Shown: positions 12,170 to 26,788, counted from the first letter of the stretch. The stretch: DNA of 32,000 bases from Candidatus Moranella endobia PCIT (GCF_000219175.1 NC_015735.1:480001-512000); one strand, 5' to 3'. Notes: generated by a model not told the origin, from the letters alone. Numbers and translations are program-made.

Positions 12170-12316
12170 AATTTAAACACCAAACTTAGGTAGCCTTAAG
12201 CAGCGGTTGCTGGTTAAGCTGTTAAGAAGCTCTTTAGTGATGGTCGCTAGCACGCACTGAACTCGCAACAGCTCCTGTATGTTTTATATTATCATCTGTA
12301 CTCCAGGTTTTTACTT

Positions 12317-12344
12317 TACCGCCTATGCCCAAGCATAGGCGGTA
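12317..12344. other. Perfect hairpin between tRNA-Asn and thiC
   Basis: TACCGCCTATGC-CCAA-GCATAGGCGGTA, 12 bp perfect stem with 4 nt loop. Confidence 0.85.
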
Positions 12345-12410
12345 CTGTGTTATCCAGTATTTCCCGCAGTGTTTGATCAGCAAAGATTAAAGATTATTGA
12401 GGAACTTGCT

Positions 12411-13987
<1,577 letters not shown>

Positions 13988-14020
13988 TAAGCTTCTAGTA
14001 AGCTTACATAGCTGTGAGTT

Positions 14021-14677
14021 ATGAACGCTAATCATACCTGTGCACCAGTGCCACAAAGAATTGGTCTTTATCCTGTCGTAGATTCGTTGGTTTGGCTGGT
14101 GCGCATACTTGATGCCGGCATCAAGACAGTACAATTACGCATAAAAAAACTCAGAGAACCGCAGGTAGCGGCAGAGATCGAAGCGGCGGTCATGCTAGGT
14201 CGCCGCTATGAAGCCCGGGTATTTATCAACGATTACTGGCAGCTAGCTATGCATTATGGTGCTTACGGTGTACATCTTGGCCAGGATGATATGTATAGCG
14301 CTGACGCTACCGCCATACGCAACGCTGGCTTGCGCCTTGGTCTGTCTGCCCACGACAAGACAGAGATCGTGCGCGCGCTGGTTTGGCAGCCATCTTATAT
14401 AGCAATCGGTCATATCTTTCCAACTACTACAAAAGTAATGACCTCTGACTATCAAGGGCTGGAGCAGTTGCAGCAGCTGGTCACAGAGCTGCCACCAATT
14501 CCCACCGTTGCTATCGGGGGAATAAGTTGTGAACAGGTAGAGGCTGTACTGATGTGTGGGGTGGGAAGTGTAGCAGTGGTAAGCGCTATTACCAGCGCAC
14601 CAGACTGGCGCCAGGCAATATACGCCTTACAATCTATCATAGCGCAGCAGCATGGGAGCGCGACCATTGGCCGTTGA
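14021..14677 (+). CDS. thiE: Thiamine-phosphate synthase (218 aa)
   Basis: [31 protein letters not shown]...[30 protein letters not shown]...[12 protein letters not shown]...[29 protein letters not shown]; intact. Confidence 0.95.
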   Translation: MNANHTCAPVPQRIGLYPVVDSLVWLVRILDAGIKTVQLRIKKLREPQVAAEIEAAVMLGRRYEARVFINDYWQLAMHYGAYGVHLGQDDMYSADATAIRNAGLRLGLSAHDKTEIVRALVWQPSYIAIGHIFPTTTKVMTSDYQGLEQLQQLVTELPPIPTVAIGGISCEQVEAVLMCGVGSVAVVSAITSAPDWRQAIYALQSIIAQQHGSATIGR

Positions 14678-14717
14678 TGCGCCCGCCGGCTGGCCTATCT
14701 ATGGTTACGTTACTATG

Positions 14718-14744
14718 GCGCGGAATCGAACAACCATTCCGCGC
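14718..14744. other. Inverted repeat in the convergent thiE/rpoC gap
   Basis: GCGCGGAAT-CGAACAACC-ATTCCGCGC, perfect 9 bp stem and 9 nt loop. No U-tract on either side. Confidence 0.7.
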
Positions 14745-14757
14745 GAGCAAATGACAA

Positions 14758-17700
14758 TCAGTTGGTTTTGCCGTTCAAGCCGGCGTTCAGAAGTTCAGAC
14801 AAATTTGTATAAGCATCCTCAGCGGTAATCTGCGCTTCGCCCTGCTGACGATGACGAGTACGTTCCTGATGATAAGCGTAGCCGGTGCCGGCTGGAATTA
14901 AACGGCCGACGATCACATTTTCCTTCAGACCACGTAGCTCATCACGTTTACCGGCTACGGCTGCTTCGGTCAACACGCGAGTTGTTTCCTGGAATGAAGC
15001 GGCGGATATAAACGACTCAGTTGCTAGCGAAGCTTTAGTAATACCTAGCAGATCGCGCATGTAGGTTATTTCTGCCTTACCTTCTTGTTCCAACTTACGG
15101 TTAGTTATCTTGATACGAGAGTATTCAGCCTGTTCTCCTTCCAGAAACTCAGAGCAGCCGCTGCTAGTGATTGTCGCTTTACGTAACATCTGACGAATAA
15201 TAACTTCGATGTGTTTATCGTTGATCTTAACACCCTGCAGACGGTAAACATCCTGGACTTCTTGGATGATATAGCTGGTTACAGCATGCACGCCACGTAG
15301 ACGAAGAATGTCGTGCGGTGATTCCGGACCATCGGAAATCACATCACCGCGTTCTACGAGTTCACCTTCAAAGACGTTTAGCTGCCGCCATTTTGGGATC
15401 ATTTCTTCGTAAGTGTCACTACCATCTACTGGCGATATAACTAGGCGGCGTTTGCCTTTGGTTTCTTTACCAAAAGTAACAATACCGCTTCTCTCTGCCA
15501 GAATTGCTGGTTCTTTAGGGCGGCGGGCTTCAAATAGATCGGCAACTCGTGGAAGACCACCGGTAATATCTTTGGTACCGCTAGTTTCCTGCGGTAAACG
15601 CGCTAGCGTATCGCCGCTGGTGATTTTTGCGCCATCTTCCAACTGAACTATAGTTTTACCCGGAAGAAAATATTGTGCTGGTATATCTGTTCCAGGCAAC
15701 CGCACATCTTTGCCGTTAGCATCTATAATACGCAACGCCGGTCGCAGCTCTTTACCGCCGCTGGTACGTTCAGCGGTATCCAGCACCACAATCGAGGATA
15801 AACCAGTCAGTTCGTCGGTTTGTCTGGTAATGGTCTGTCCGTCGATCATATCAGTGAAGCGGACGAAACCGTCTACTTCCGTGATTACTGGCATGGTATG
15901 TGGATCCCAATTGGCCACTGTTTCTCCACCAATTATCTCGGCACCGTCGCCTTTGGCCATCACGGCACCATAAGGCACTTTATAACTTTCTTTAGTACGG
16001 CTGAATTCGTCAATTAGCTTCAACTCGGTATTACGTGAAGTAATCACTAGCTTGCCGCCGCCGTTAACTACAAACTTGGCGTTGCTTAACCTAAGGATAC
16101 CTTTGTTTCTCACTTGAATACTGGATTCGGCAGCAGCACGGGACGCAGCACCGCCGATATGGAACGTACGCATAGTAAGCTGCGTTCCAGGCTCGCCGAT
16201 GGACTGCGCGGCTATAACGCCGATAGCTTCGCCTTTGTTCACCAAATATCCCCTAGCTAAATCTCGGCCGTAGCAGTTGGCGCAAACGCCAAAATCCGTG
16301 TTACAGGTCACCACTGAACGCACCTTGACGCTATCAACCGAGTTTTCTTCTAGCACGTCACACCAATGCTCGTGTAATAGAGTATTACGCGCCATCAGAA
16401 GGTCGGCAGTACCAGGTTTTAGGACTGCTTCTGCCGTTACGCGGCCAAGCACGCGTTCGCGTAGTGGTTCTTTCACATCTCCGCCTTCGATAACCGGGGT
16501 CATCACAATACCGGCAAAAGTACCACAGTCATCCTCAGTCACCACCAGATCCTGCGCTACATCAACTAAGCGACGAGTTAGGTAACCTGAGTTCGCGGTT
16601 TTCAGTGCCGTATCCGCCAAACCCTTACGTGCCCCGTGGGTGGAGATAAAGTACTGGAGGACGTTTAGACCTTCCCGGAAGTTTGCAGTAATCGGTGTTT
16701 CTATAATCGAACCATCTGGCTTAGCCATCAGACCACGCATACCTGCTAGCTGGCGAATTTGCGCCGCCGAACCACGGGCACCGGAGTCAGCCATCATGAA
16801 GATGCTATTGAAAGATAACTGCCGCTCTTCCTCGCCGTCACGGTTAATAACTGCTTCGGTGGAAAGATTATCCATCATAGACTTAGCAACGCGCTCGTTG
16901 GCAGCGGCCCATATATCTATCACTTTGTTATAGCGTTCACCAGCGGTAACCAGACCTGACTGAAACTGCTCTTGGATCTCGGCCACTTCTGATTCTGCTT
17001 CATCAATAATTTCGGCTTTCTTCTCAGGAATAACCATATCATCGATACCGACAGAAGAGCCGGAACGGGCAGCGTAGGTGAAACCTGTATACATAATCTG
17101 GTCGGCAAAAATTACGGTTGACTTTAGACCAAGCACGCGATAGCAAGTATTCAGCATCTTGGATATGGCTTTTTTGCCAAGTACCTGGTTAACTAGCGAG
17201 AATGGCAATCCCTTTGGCACGATCATCCACAAGATGGCGCGGCCGACTGTAGTATCAACCAGACTGGTGTTTTCCACCCATTCACCGTTATCAATGTTCT
17301 CATGCTCGGTGATACGTACTTTAACGCGGGCATGCAGCTTAGCTAATCCTGCACGGTAGATACGCTCCGCTTCTTTTGGCCCGTTTAACACCATACCTTC
17401 GCCTTTGCTGTTGACGCGATCGTTGGTCATATAGTAAAGACCCAGCACCACGTCCTGCGACGGCACGATAATAGGCTCGCCGTTAGCCGGAGACAGAATA
17501 TTATTGGTGGACATCATAAGTGCACGAGCTTCCAACTGGGCTTCTAGTGTAAGTGGAACATGTACCGCCATCTGGTCACCGTCAAAATCGGCGTTGTAAG
17601 CAGCACACACCAGCGGATGCAGTTGAATGGCTTTACCTTCAATTAGCACCGGCTCAAACGCCTGGATACCGAGACGGTGCAGCGTCGGCGCCCGGTTCAG

Positions 17701-18966
17701 CATTACCGGGTGTTCGCGGATCACCTCGTCCATGATATCCCAGACCACGGCTTCTTCGCGTTCCACCATTTTCTTGGCGGCTTTGATCGTCGTGGCAAAG
17801 CCACGCAGTTCAAGTTTGCCGTAAATGAATGGTTTGAAAAGCTCAAGCGCCATTTTTTTCGGCAGACCGCACTGATGCAGACGTAGGTAAGGACCAACGG
17901 TAATCACCGAGCGGCCGGAGTAGTCGACGCGTTTACCTAGTAGGTTTTGACGAAAACGACCTTGCTTACCTTTAATCATGTCGGCAAGAGATTTAAGCGG
18001 ACGCTTGTTTGAACCGGTAATAGCGCGTCCGCGCCGACCGTTATCTAGCAACGCGTCTACTGCTTCTTGCAACATACGCTTTTCGTTGCGAACAATGATA
18101 TCCGGTGCCGCCAGATCCAGTAGGCGCTTCAAACGGTTGTTACGATTGATCACCCGGCGATACAGATCGTTCAGATCAGAAGTGGCAAATCGGCCGCCAT
18201 CCAGTGGGACCAGCGGACGTAAATCTGGCGGCAATACTGGTAAAACGGTGAAGATCATCCACTCAGGCTTATTGCCGCTTTGCAAAAATGCTTCCATCAG
18301 CTTGATGCGCTTGGTCAGCTTTTTATGTTTGGTTTCTGAATTGGTTTCTGCCAACTCTTCGTATAACTGCTTGCATTCATGCTCTAAATCAATATTTTTT
18401 AACAGCGATTGGATCGCTTCAGCACCCATTTTGGCTTCAAATTCGTCACCAAATTCTTCCAGCGCGTCAAGATATTGCTCTTCAGTAAGAATCTGATGGG
18501 GCGCAAGGTTGGTCATGCCGCCTTCAACTACAACATAGTATTCAAAATATAGCACGCGTTCGATATCTCGTAGCGGCATATCTAGTAGTAAGCCGATACG
18601 AGACGGTAGCGATTTTAAAAACCAGATGTGGGCGGTGGGCGCGGCGAGCTCTATATGACCCATACGTTCACGACGAACCTTGATTTGTGTAACTTCAACG
18701 CCACACTTCTCACAGATTACGCCGCGGTGTTTCAAGCGCTTGTATTTACCGCATAGGCATTCATAGTCTTTCACTGGTCCGAAAATACGTGCGCAGAAAA
18801 GACCATCTCGCTCCGGTTTAAAGGTACGGTAGTTAATGGTTTCAGGCTTTTTAACTTCACCGAAAGACCAAGAACGGATCATATCTGGCGAAGCCAGCGT
18901 AATTTTGAGCGCATCAAACTCTTCGTTTTTAATTTGTGCTGTAAGAAATTTAAGTAAATCTTTCAC
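14758..18966 (-). CDS. rpoC: RNA polymerase subunit beta' (1402 aa)
   Basis: Full-length; [53 protein letters not shown]. Confidence 0.99.
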   Translation of the reverse strand: MKDLLKFLTAQIKNEEFDALKITLASPDMIRSWSFGEVKKPETINYRTFKPERDGLFCARIFGPVKDYECLCGKYKRLKHRGVICEKCGVEVTQIKVRRERMGHIELAAPTAHIWFLKSLPSRIGLLLDMPLRDIERVLYFEYYVVVEGGMTNLAPHQILTEEQYLDALEEFGDEFEAKMGAEAIQSLLKNIDLEHECKQLYEELAETNSETKHKKLTKRIKLMEAFLQSGNKPEWMIFTVLPVLPPDLRPLVPLDGGRFATSDLNDLYRRVINRNNRLKRLLDLAAPDIIVRNEKRMLQEAVDALLDNGRRGRAITGSNKRPLKSLADMIKGKQGRFRQNLLGKRVDYSGRSVITVGPYLRLHQCGLPKKMALELFKPFIYGKLELRGFATTIKAAKKMVEREEAVVWDIMDEVIREHPVMLNRAPTLHRLGIQAFEPVLIEGKAIQLHPLVCAAYNADFDGDQMAVHVPLTLEAQLEARALMMSTNNILSPANGEPIIVPSQDVVLGLYYMTNDRVNSKGEGMVLNGPKEAERIYRAGLAKLHARVKVRITEHENIDNGEWVENTSLVDTTVGRAILWMIVPKGLPFSLVNQVLGKKAISKMLNTCYRVLGLKSTVIFADQIMYTGFTYAARSGSSVGIDDMVIPEKKAEIIDEAESEVAEIQEQFQSGLVTAGERYNKVIDIWAAANERVAKSMMDNLSTEAVINRDGEEERQLSFNSIFMMADSGARGSAAQIRQLAGMRGLMAKPDGSIIETPITANFREGLNVLQYFISTHGARKGLADTALKTANSGYLTRRLVDVAQDLVVTEDDCGTFAGIVMTPVIEGGDVKEPLRERVLGRVTAEAVLKPGTADLLMARNTLLHEHWCDVLEENSVDSVKVRSVVTCNTDFGVCANCYGRDLARGYLVNKGEAIGVIAAQSIGEPGTQLTMRTFHIGGAASRAAAESSIQVRNKGILRLSNAKFVVNGGGKLVITSRNTELKLIDEFSRTKESYKVPYGAVMAKGDGAEIIGGETVANWDPHTMPVITEVDGFVRFTDMIDGQTITRQTDELTGLSSIVVLDTAERTSGGKELRPALRIIDANGKDVRLPGTDIPAQYFLPGKTIVQLEDGAKITSGDTLARLPQETSGTKDITGGLPRVADLFEARRPKEPAILAERSGIVTFGKETKGKRRLVISPVDGSDTYEEMIPKWRQLNVFEGELVERGDVISDGPESPHDILRLRGVHAVTSYIIQEVQDVYRLQGVKINDKHIEVIIRQMLRKATITSSGCSEFLEGEQAEYSRIKITNRKLEQEGKAEITYMRDLLGITKASLATESFISAASFQETTRVLTEAAVAGKRDELRGLKENVIVGRLIPAGTGYAYHQERTRHRQQGEAQITAEDAYTNLSELLNAGLNGKTN

Positions 18967-19063
18967 TAATTAGCTCCTGTCGGAGTGGGAAATGTTACAC
19001 ACCTAAAAGCTCATTCGCCCTAATTAACATTATTAACATTGTAAATCGCCCCGATGCAGAACA

Positions 19064-22000
19064 TTAGTGTTCTTCCAGCTCGATATTGATGCCCAGCGAG
19101 CGGATTTCTTTTAGTAAGACGTTAAAAGATTCCGGCATCCCTGGTTCCATCATGTGATTACCATCAACAATGTTTTTGTACATCTTGGTACGACCGTTAA
19201 CATCATCCGACTTAACGGTAAGCATTTCCTGCAAGGTGTACGCCGCGCCGTAGGCTTCCAGCGCCCAAACTTCCATCTCACCGAAGCGTTGGCCACCGAA
19301 CTGAGCTTTCCCCCCTAGCGGCTGCTGGGTAACCATACTGTACGAGCCGGTGGAACGCGCATGCATCTTGTCATCAACCAGATGGTTAAGTTTCAGCATG
19401 TACATATAACCTACAGTAACCTGGCGTTCGAATTGTTCTCCGGTACGACCATCAAACAACGTTATCTGACCTGAGGTCAGCAAGCCACTGAACTGCAGAA
19501 GCTCCTTTATTTCTTTCTCTTTAGCCCCATCAAACACTGGCGTTGATATAGGCATACCTTTCTTCAAATTTTCTGCTAGACGCAACACTTCTTCATCGGA
19601 GAATGTGTTGAGATCCACCGTCTGGCGCAAGTTGTCACCTAAATTATAGGCCTTCTGGATAAAATCACGCAGTTTAGCAACTTCTGTTTGCTGCTTGAGC
19701 ATAGTATTGATCTGATCGCCAATACCTTTGGCTGCCATACCCAAATGGGTTTCCAGAATCTGGCCAATGTTCATACGCGATGGTACCCCCAGGGGGTTCA
19801 GAACGATATCCACCGGTACGCCGTTTTCATCGTACGGCATATCTTCGATCGGATTGATCTTGGAGATAACGCCCTTGTTACCATGACGACCAGCCATTTT
19901 GTCGCCCGGCTGAATTTGACGTTTAACCGCTAGGTACACCTTGACTATTTTCAGCACGCCAGGGGCTAAATCATCACCCTGGGTGATCTTACGGCTTTTG
20001 GCTTCCAGCTTCTTCTCGAAATCGTACTTAAGAGCTTCATATTGCGCTGCGAGCTGTTCGAGCTGATTCTGCTTATCTTCATCTGCTAGTTTCAGTTCAA
20101 GCCAGTGATCATGGGTTAGGTTGTCCAGCTTATCCGTTTCGATGCCGCCGGAAATCAGAACATCGTGAATACGGGCAAACAGGCCGGCTTCAAATATTTG
20201 TAATTCTTCGGTCAAGTCTTTTTTGGCCTGTTTTAGCTGCATATTCTCTATTTCTAATGCCCGCTTGTCTTTTTCTATGCCATCGCGGGTAAACACCTGC
20301 ACATCAATAACAGTACCGTAAACGCCGTTCGGCACGCGTAGTGAAGAGTCTTTAACGTCGGAGGCTTTTTCACCAAAGATGGCGCGCAATAGTTTCTCTT
20401 CTGGCGTCAGCTGGGTTTCACCTTTTGGTGTTACCTTACCTACCAGAATATCACAGCCGGTAACTTCCGCACCTATATAAACTATACCGGACTTATCTAG
20501 TTTGGAGAGAGCAGCTTCACCAACGTTAGGAATATCTGCTGTAATCTCCTCCGGCCCAAGCTTAGTATCTCTTGATACGCATGCCAGTTCCTGAATATGG
20601 ATGGTGGTGAACAGATCGTCCTGTACTACGCGCTCCGAGACCAACATCGAGTCTTCAAAGTTATAACCGTTCCATGGCATAAAAGCGATGCGCATATTCT
20701 GACCTAGCGCCAGCTCACCAAGATCTGTTGACGGACCGTCTGCTAGCACGTCACCGCGTTCAACTTGCTCATCCAATGAAACGCAAGGTTTCTGGTTTAT
20801 ACAAGTGTTCTGGTTGGAACGAATGTATTTGGTCAGATTGTAAATATCAATGCCGGCTTCTCCCGGATACATTTCATCCGGATTAACGTTAATTATGATA
20901 CGTGAGGCGTCCACGTACTGTACCGTTCCTCCTCTTTTAGCCACGGCAGTGACGCCGGAATCAACTGCCACCGCTCGCTCCATACCGGTACCGACTAGCG
21001 GCTTTTCAGCACGTATAGTTGGTATCGCCTGACGCTGCATATTCGCACCCATCAATGCTCGGTTGGCGTCGTCGTGCTCCAGGAATGGAATCAGTGATGC
21101 GCCGACCGATACCACCTGCTGGGTTGATACGTCCATATAATCAATCTGATCACGGTTAAACAAGCTAGATTCGCCCCGGCTGCGGCAGGTCACCAAATCA
21201 TCGACAAAACGACCATCTTCGCCAAGGTTGGTATTAGCCTGCGCGATAACGAAATTGCCTTCTTCAATCGCAGAAAGATAATTGATTTCGTCTGTTACCA
21301 CACCTTTCAGCACACGTCGATAGGGAGTTTCAAGGAAACCGTATTCGTTAGTCTGTGCATATACGGAGAGCGAGTTGATAAGACCTATGTTCGGCCCTTC
21401 TGGTGTTTCTATGGGACACACTCGGCCGTAATGGGTTGGATGCACGTCGCGCACTTCAAATCCTGCACGCTCACGGGTTAGACCGCCCGGACCTAGCGCG
21501 GAGATGCGGCGCTTGTGGGTAATTTCGGAAAGTGGGTTATTCTGATCCATAAACTGCGACAGCTGGCTGGAACCAAAAAACTCTTTCACCGCAGCTGAAA
21601 TAGGTTTGGCGTTGATTATGTCCTGCGGCAGTAAAGTATCTATATCTCCTAAAGACAGACGCTCTTTTACCGCGCGCTCCACGCGCACCAGACCAACTCG
21701 GAATTGGTTTTCCGCCATTTCTCCCACGGAACGGATGCGGCGATTACCCAAGTGGTCAATATCGTCGACTTCACCTTTACCGTTGCGGATATCGATGAGT
21801 TTTTTCATTACGTCAATAATATCGTCCTGACTAAGGATGCCAGAACCTTCGATATTTTCACGTAGCAGCGAACGGTTGAATTTCATCCGTCCTACTGCAG
21901 AAAGATCGTAACGATCGTCCGAGAAGAATAGATTGTCAAATAAATGCTCGGCAGTTTCGCGAGTAGGTGGCTCGCCTGGCCGCATCACACGGTATATTTC

Positions 22001-23092
22001 CACCAACGCACTCAGGCGATCGTTGGTTTGATCAATGCGCAATGTTTCTGAAATATAGGCGCCGTGGTCAAGATCGTTAGTGAACAGAGTCTCAATACGC
22101 TTGAAACCCAATTGCATCAGTTTAGCCAAAAGATCTAGATTCAGTGCCATATTTGCTGGCACGATAATTTCACCCGTGTTTTCATCTATGTAATCTTTTG
22201 CTACCACTTTGCCAACAATGTATTCGGCCGGCACTACGATCTTATTGACGTGATCTTGTTCTAATTGACGAATATGGCGTGTGGTTATACAGCGTCCTTT
22301 TTCAACATAAACGGTGCCGTTGGCAGTAATATCAAATGATGCTGTTTCACCACGTAAGCGCTCAGGTATAAGCTCCATCTGCAGCTTTTTATGGTAAATT
22401 TCGTAGACTACTTTCTCGAAGAACGTATCCAAGATCTGGCTAGTACTATAATTAAGCGCTCGCAGAATAATGGTCGCCGGAAATTTTCGGCGGCGGTCTA
22501 TACGGACGAATAAATGGTCCTTAGGGTCGAATTCAAAATCCAACCAAGATCCTCGGTAAGGAATAATACGGGCATTGTAAAGTACTTTACCAGAGGAGTG
22601 TGTTTTACCCTTGTCGCTGTCAAAAAATACGCCGGGGCTACGGTGTAGCTGGGAAACAATCACACGTTCGGTGCCGTTGATGACAAAGGTACCATTGTCA
22701 GTCATGAACGGTATTTCGCCCATGTAGACTTCCTGCTCCTTGATATCTTGTACCGTACCAGCCGGTGCTTCGCGATCAAAAGTGATAAGGCGTAACTTCA
22801 CGCGCAGCGGTACGGAAAACGTTATCCCACGAATCTGGCACTCTTTAACATCAAAAACAGGCTCGCCAAGACGATAACTCACATATTGCAATGCAGCGTT
22901 GCCGCTGTAGCTCTGTACTGGAAATATGGAACGAAAAGCTGCTTCCAGCCCGTACTGACCTTCCGGGTCTTGCTCGATAAACTTCTTAAAAGAGTCTAGC
23001 TGGATGGAGAGGAGATAGGGAACGTCTAAAACTTGCGGACGTTTGCCAAAATCCTTACGAATGCGTTTTTTTTCGGTATAGGAGTAAACCAT
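19064..23092 (-). CDS. rpoB: RNA polymerase subunit beta (1342 aa)
   Basis: Full-length; [65 protein letters not shown]. Confidence 0.99.
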   Translation of the reverse strand: MVYSYTEKKRIRKDFGKRPQVLDVPYLLSIQLDSFKKFIEQDPEGQYGLEAAFRSIFPVQSYSGNAALQYVSYRLGEPVFDVKECQIRGITFSVPLRVKLRLITFDREAPAGTVQDIKEQEVYMGEIPFMTDNGTFVINGTERVIVSQLHRSPGVFFDSDKGKTHSSGKVLYNARIIPYRGSWLDFEFDPKDHLFVRIDRRRKFPATIILRALNYSTSQILDTFFEKVVYEIYHKKLQMELIPERLRGETASFDITANGTVYVEKGRCITTRHIRQLEQDHVNKIVVPAEYIVGKVVAKDYIDENTGEIIVPANMALNLDLLAKLMQLGFKRIETLFTNDLDHGAYISETLRIDQTNDRLSALVEIYRVMRPGEPPTRETAEHLFDNLFFSDDRYDLSAVGRMKFNRSLLRENIEGSGILSQDDIIDVMKKLIDIRNGKGEVDDIDHLGNRRIRSVGEMAENQFRVGLVRVERAVKERLSLGDIDTLLPQDIINAKPISAAVKEFFGSSQLSQFMDQNNPLSEITHKRRISALGPGGLTRERAGFEVRDVHPTHYGRVCPIETPEGPNIGLINSLSVYAQTNEYGFLETPYRRVLKGVVTDEINYLSAIEEGNFVIAQANTNLGEDGRFVDDLVTCRSRGESSLFNRDQIDYMDVSTQQVVSVGASLIPFLEHDDANRALMGANMQRQAIPTIRAEKPLVGTGMERAVAVDSGVTAVAKRGGTVQYVDASRIIINVNPDEMYPGEAGIDIYNLTKYIRSNQNTCINQKPCVSLDEQVERGDVLADGPSTDLGELALGQNMRIAFMPWNGYNFEDSMLVSERVVQDDLFTTIHIQELACVSRDTKLGPEEITADIPNVGEAALSKLDKSGIVYIGAEVTGCDILVGKVTPKGETQLTPEEKLLRAIFGEKASDVKDSSLRVPNGVYGTVIDVQVFTRDGIEKDKRALEIENMQLKQAKKDLTEELQIFEAGLFARIHDVLISGGIETDKLDNLTHDHWLELKLADEDKQNQLEQLAAQYEALKYDFEKKLEAKSRKITQGDDLAPGVLKIVKVYLAVKRQIQPGDKMAGRHGNKGVISKINPIEDMPYDENGVPVDIVLNPLGVPSRMNIGQILETHLGMAAKGIGDQINTMLKQQTEVAKLRDFIQKAYNLGDNLRQTVDLNTFSDEEVLRLAENLKKGMPISTPVFDGAKEKEIKELLQFSGLLTSGQITLFDGRTGEQFERQVTVGYMYMLKLNHLVDDKMHARSTGSYSMVTQQPLGGKAQFGGQRFGEMEVWALEAYGAAYTLQEMLTVKSDDVNGRTKMYKNIVDGNHMMEPGMPESFNVLLKEIRSLGINIELEEH

Positions 23093-23301
23093 ATGGTTCC
23101 TCAGCTAGCTGATCAATAGACCACGGCTACCATATACTAGGACAGTAACAGTACATGCAACACTATGATCTCCGCAAGGCACTTTACTTAACTAGTTAAA
23201 CAGTGAAACTAGGTAGCCGAGGCAGTAGTCGGCGAGGGGATAAAATTTAATAGTTTATCAGTAGTGAACGGATTAGCAACACCAATGATCCCCTACAGCG
23301 C

Positions 23302-23350
23302 AAAAAAGGCTGGTAGCTTTTGGCCACCAGCCATCAGCCTAATTCAGGCT
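23302..23350 (-). terminator. rplL-rpoB intergenic attenuator / RNA processing region
   Basis: Minus strand AGCCTGAATTAGGCT followed by GGCTGGTGGCCAAAAGCTACCAGCCTTTTTT; two stem-loops with a U-tract, closely resembling the recalled E. coli rplL-rpoB intergenic region. Confidence 0.8.
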
Positions 23351-23368
23351 GCAACTTATAAGATTAAG

Positions 23369-23737
23369 TTATTTCACTTCCACTGCAGCACCTGCGTCTT
23401 CCAGAGTTCTCTTCAGTGCGTCAGCATCATCTTTGCTCACCCCTTCTTTAAGAGTTACAGGTGCGGATTCAACCGTATCTTTGGCTTCTTTCAGGCCAAG
23501 ACCGGTAGCTCCACGCAGGGCTTTAATAACAGCAACTTTGTTCGCCCCGATTGCACTCAGCACAACGGCAAATTCAGTTTTTTCTTCTGCCGCTTCAGCG
23601 GAAGCAACTTCAGTCACTGCGACCACAGGAGCGGAGGAAACCCCGAATTTTTTTTCCATCATGGATATCATTTCAACCACGTCCATGACGGACATTTCTG
23701 CAACCGCGTCCAGAATTTGTTCTTTAGTGATAGACAT
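23369..23737 (-). CDS. rplL: 50S ribosomal protein L7/L12 (122 aa)
   Basis: [33 protein letters not shown]...[42 protein letters not shown]. Confidence 0.99.
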   Translation of the reverse strand: MSITKEQILDAVAEMSVMDVVEMISMMEKKFGVSSAPVVAVTEVASAEAAEEKTEFAVVLSAIGANKVAVIKALRGATGLGLKEAKDTVESAPVTLKEGVSKDDADALKRTLEDAGAAVEVK

Positions 23738-23813
23738 AGCTAGTATTCCTAGAATTCAGACAGTTTGTTAACATTTGCAATGGCTTTTGCTTTCTAATAG
23801 ATATAACCGTAAA

Positions 23814-24311
23814 TCATATCGCTGGTTTTTGATCGCACAGTGAAGCTAACGTGCGAACCAGCTCTCCGGCAGAGGCATCTTTCATTACTGACATCATGCG
23901 GACGATTGCTTCTTCGTAAGTTGGTAAATTTGCTAGTCGGTCGATCTGCGATGCAGGAATAACTGTTCCTGCAAAGGCGGCAGCTTTAATTTTAAAATTG
24001 GGATTTGCTGTAGCAAAATTCTTAAACAGACGAGCTGCTGCGCCTGGATGTGTATTAGAAAATGCAATTAAAGTCGGACCTATAAACGTGTCTTTTAGCC
24101 CCTCATACAGGGTGTCTTTCACTATGCGGCACATCAGTGTATTGCGAACAACGCGCATGTAGACACCGGCGGCACGACCTGCTTTACGCAGCTCAGTTAT
24201 TTTATCTACCGTAATGCCGCTTGAATCTGCAACAACGACAGAAGGCGCGTATTTGGCTAATTCGCTGACTTCAGCAACAATAGTTTTTTTGTCTTGAAGA
24301 TTTAATGCCAT
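23814..24311 (-). CDS. rplJ: 50S ribosomal protein L10
   Basis: [59 protein letters not shown]; start chosen by homology within ORF 23814..24347. Confidence 0.97.
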   Translation of the reverse strand: MALNLQDKKTIVAEVSELAKYAPSVVVADSSGITVDKITELRKAGRAAGVYMRVVRNTLMCRIVKDTLYEGLKDTFIGPTLIAFSNTHPGAAARLFKNFATANPNFKIKAAAFAGTVIPASQIDRLANLPTYEEAIVRMMSVMKDASAGELVRTLASLCDQKPAI

Positions 24312-24457
24312 TAGCTTGTATGTACTCCTGGAAGGGGACCACCCCATAATTTAAAGTTAATTTACATACTTTAATCTTGAAATTAAGCTGTCGTCCCTGA
24401 AACCGAAAATGTCGGTATTGCATTTACGGTAAACAAGAAACTACTGTAACGCAATAA

Positions 24458-25162
24458 CTAATTTGCTGCAGTTAATAGGCTGCTTTGATCGATTACTACC
24501 CCTGCGCCCATGGTGGTGGATAGGCTAACTTTCTTGATGTAAAAGCCCTTGGCTTGTGTTGGTTTAGCTTTTTTCAGCGCCATTAGCAAATATTCCAGAT
24601 TTTCTTGTAATTTTTCAGACTCAAAGTCAACTTTACCGATTGTGGTGTGGATAATACCGTTTTTGTCGTTGCGATAGCGAATTTGACCAGCTTTGGCCTT
24701 TTTAACTGCTTCCGCGATATTAGGGGTGACGGTGCCGAATTTGGGGTTTGGCATCAGACCGCGGGGACCGAGGATATGACCCAGCTGGCTGACAAAACTC
24801 ATCACTTCCGGAGCCGCAATAACTACGTCGAAGTTGATATCGCCTATTTTGATCTGGTTAGCTAAATCATCCATGCCAACCAGATCAGCACCGGCGGTTT
24901 TAGCAACTTCAGCGTTAGTGCCTTGGCTGAAAACGGCCACGCGCACGCGGCGGCCGCTACCGTGCGGTAGCACGGTAGCACCACGGATGTTCTGATCTGA
25001 TCTGCGTGCATCAATGCCAAGATTAATGGCAACATCGATGCTTTCAACAAACTTAGCTGTAGCTAATTCTTTCAGCAACGCCACTGCCTCAGTAAAGTTG
25101 TATTGCTTATTTGAAGCAATTTTATCGCGGATGACACGCTTGCGCTTGGTTATTTTAGACAT
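24458..25162 (-). CDS. rplA: 50S ribosomal protein L1 (234 aa)
   Basis: [41 protein letters not shown]...[45 protein letters not shown]. Confidence 0.99.
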   Translation of the reverse strand: MSKITKRKRVIRDKIASNKQYNFTEAVALLKELATAKFVESIDVAINLGIDARRSDQNIRGATVLPHGSGRRVRVAVFSQGTNAEVAKTAGADLVGMDDLANQIKIGDINFDVVIAAPEVMSFVSQLGHILGPRGLMPNPKFGTVTPNIAEAVKKAKAGQIRYRNDKNGIIHTTIGKVDFESEKLQENLEYLLMALKKAKPTQAKGFYIKKVSLSTTMGAGVVIDQSSLLTAAN

Positions 25163-25164
25163 GA

Positions 25165-25593
25165 TTAATCCTCAACTACCAGGCCCATCGAACGAGCGGT
25201 ACCAGCAATGGAGTGAGACATCGCTTCAACGTTGGCACCAGTCATATCAGACGCTTTGGTTTCGGCGATTTCACGTACTTGCGCGCTGGTCACTTTTCCA
25301 ACTTTGCTTTGATTCGGCTTACTAGCACCTAATTTGATGCCGGCAGCTTTTTTCAACAGCACGGCGGCTGGCGGAGTCTTGGTAACAAACGTAAAAGAAC
25401 GGTCTGAATAAACAGTGATAACAACAGGAATCGGTAACCCTTTTTCAAGGCTTTCGGTTTTAACATTAAAGGCTGTACAGAATTCCATAAGGTTAACTCC
25501 TTGTTGACCAAGGGCTGGACCTACAGGTGGACTAGGGTTTGCCATTCCTGCCGCTACCTGCAATTTGACATAGGCTTGCACTTTTTTGGCCAT
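25165..25593 (-). CDS. rplK: 50S ribosomal protein L11 (142 aa)
   Basis: [43 protein letters not shown]... Confidence 0.99.
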   Translation of the reverse strand: MAKKVQAYVKLQVAAGMANPSPPVGPALGQQGVNLMEFCTAFNVKTESLEKGLPIPVVITVYSDRSFTFVTKTPPAAVLLKKAAGIKLGASKPNQSKVGKVTSAQVREIAETKASDMTGANVEAMSHSIAGTARSMGLVVED

Positions 25594-25751
25594 GCAATTT
25601 CCTTTTACTTTTATGTTTTATGTGATGATATCGCCAATTAAGGCTTCTCGTAAAATACGATAGGTAGACGTATAGTCTACCATACCAAGACTAACAGTCT
25701 TTCTATTTTAACTTTTAACTTAGCACCACGAGCAAAACATGCGGTCAACAC

Positions 25752-26297
25752 TCAGCATTTCTCAACCTGACCGAAGTCAAGTTCCACCGGAGTGGCGCGA
25801 CTAAAAATAGATACCGATACTTTCAAGCGGCTTTTTTCGTAGTCAACCTCTTCCACCACGCCATTGAAGTCGGCAAAGGGGCCATCGTTAACACGGACCA
25901 GCTCACCCGGTTCAAAAATAGTTTTCGGCCGTGGCTTATCTCCAACCTGCTGTAGGCGCTGCATGATCGCTTCTACTTCTTTATCGCTGATAGGTGCGGG
26001 ACGATCCGAGGTACCGCCGATGAAGCCCATGACGCGCGGTAAACTTCGCACAAGATGCCAACTAGCGTCATTCATCACCATATGCACCAGAACATAGCTT
26101 GGAAAAAATTTCCGTTCACTTTTACGCCGCTGGCCGCCACGAATTTCAACAACCTCTTCTGTCGGTACCAGAACTTCGCCAAACAGCGCTTCCATATTGT
26201 GAAGTTTGATATATTCGCGTAGGGCTTGCGCTACGCGTCCCTCAAACCCGGAAAACGCCTGAAACACATACCAACGTTTTTGTTGAGCTTCAGACAT
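25752..26297 (-). CDS. nusG: Transcription termination/antitermination protein NusG (181 aa)
   Basis: [24 protein letters not shown]...[32 protein letters not shown]...[50 protein letters not shown]. Confidence 0.99.
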   Translation of the reverse strand: MSEAQQKRWYVFQAFSGFEGRVAQALREYIKLHNMEALFGEVLVPTEEVVEIRGGQRRKSERKFFPSYVLVHMVMNDASWHLVRSLPRVMGFIGGTSDRPAPISDKEVEAIMQRLQQVGDKPRPKTIFEPGELVRVNDGPFADFNGVVEEVDYEKSRLKVSVSIFSRATPVELDFGQVEKC

Positions 26298-26688
26298 CTG
26301 ATAACCTCAGGCTATGTATGAATGATACCACACGAACGAGCAAACCATCCAGTCCCCACAGAATCAGTGAGATTACGGTCGTGACCGCGATGACAATTAA
26401 CGTCGCATGGAACGTTTCCTGGTAAGTCGGCCAAATTAATTTACGCACTTCGTTACGTGCTTCACGCGCAAACTGAATAAAAGACTTGCCTTTGGCCGTA
26501 ACTATGGCCCACCAGCCCGCGAGAGCGATAATAACGACTGCTAGTGCTCTCAAGCATAAGCAGTGATAATCGCGGTAACAATAGTTACCAACTATGGTAA
26601 CTATTAACAGAACAGTGACAACGATTAACCACGTCACCACTTCCCGCCCCCGCGCGCGTTTTGTCGATTTGGTATGTGTACCCATCAA
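26290..26688 (-). CDS. secE: Preprotein translocase subunit SecE (about 132 aa)
   Basis: [57 protein letters not shown]; immediately upstream of nusG, overlapping its start by 8 nt. Confidence 0.96.
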   Translation of the reverse strand: MMGTHTKSTKRARGREVVTWLIVVTVLLIVTIVGNYCYRDYHCLCLRALAVVIIALAGWWAIVTAKGKSFIQFAREARNEVRKLIWPTYQETFHATLIVIAVTTVISLILWGLDGLLVRVVSFIHSLRLSDV

Positions 26689-26788
26689 AAACCTGTCAAT
26701 GAGCCCCTGACTCTAATCGATTCTATCTTACTTATCTCATCATCGGTCGCTTGAAACAGTGGAATATCAGCCTGCATGTACTACTGGT

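Noticed and set aside
14554-14754. 66-aa ORF overlapping the end of thiE, considered as a thiF or thiH remnant
   Set aside because: The part beyond thiE ([25 protein letters not shown]) does not match what I recall of ThiF, ThiS, ThiG or ThiH; the gap is only 80 nt.
17978-18496. 172-aa ORF antisense to rpoC, with several other rpoC/rpoB antisense ORFs (e.g. 15413-15646, 16277-16585, 19688-19933)
   Set aside because: Antisense shadows of highly conserved rpoC/rpoB coding sequence; low-complexity Ser/Arg-rich composition and no family resemblance.
23264-23743. 159-aa ORF antisense to rplL
   Set aside because: Shadow ORF opposite a conserved ribosomal gene and the attenuator; Phe/Cys/His-rich composition typical of antisense frames.
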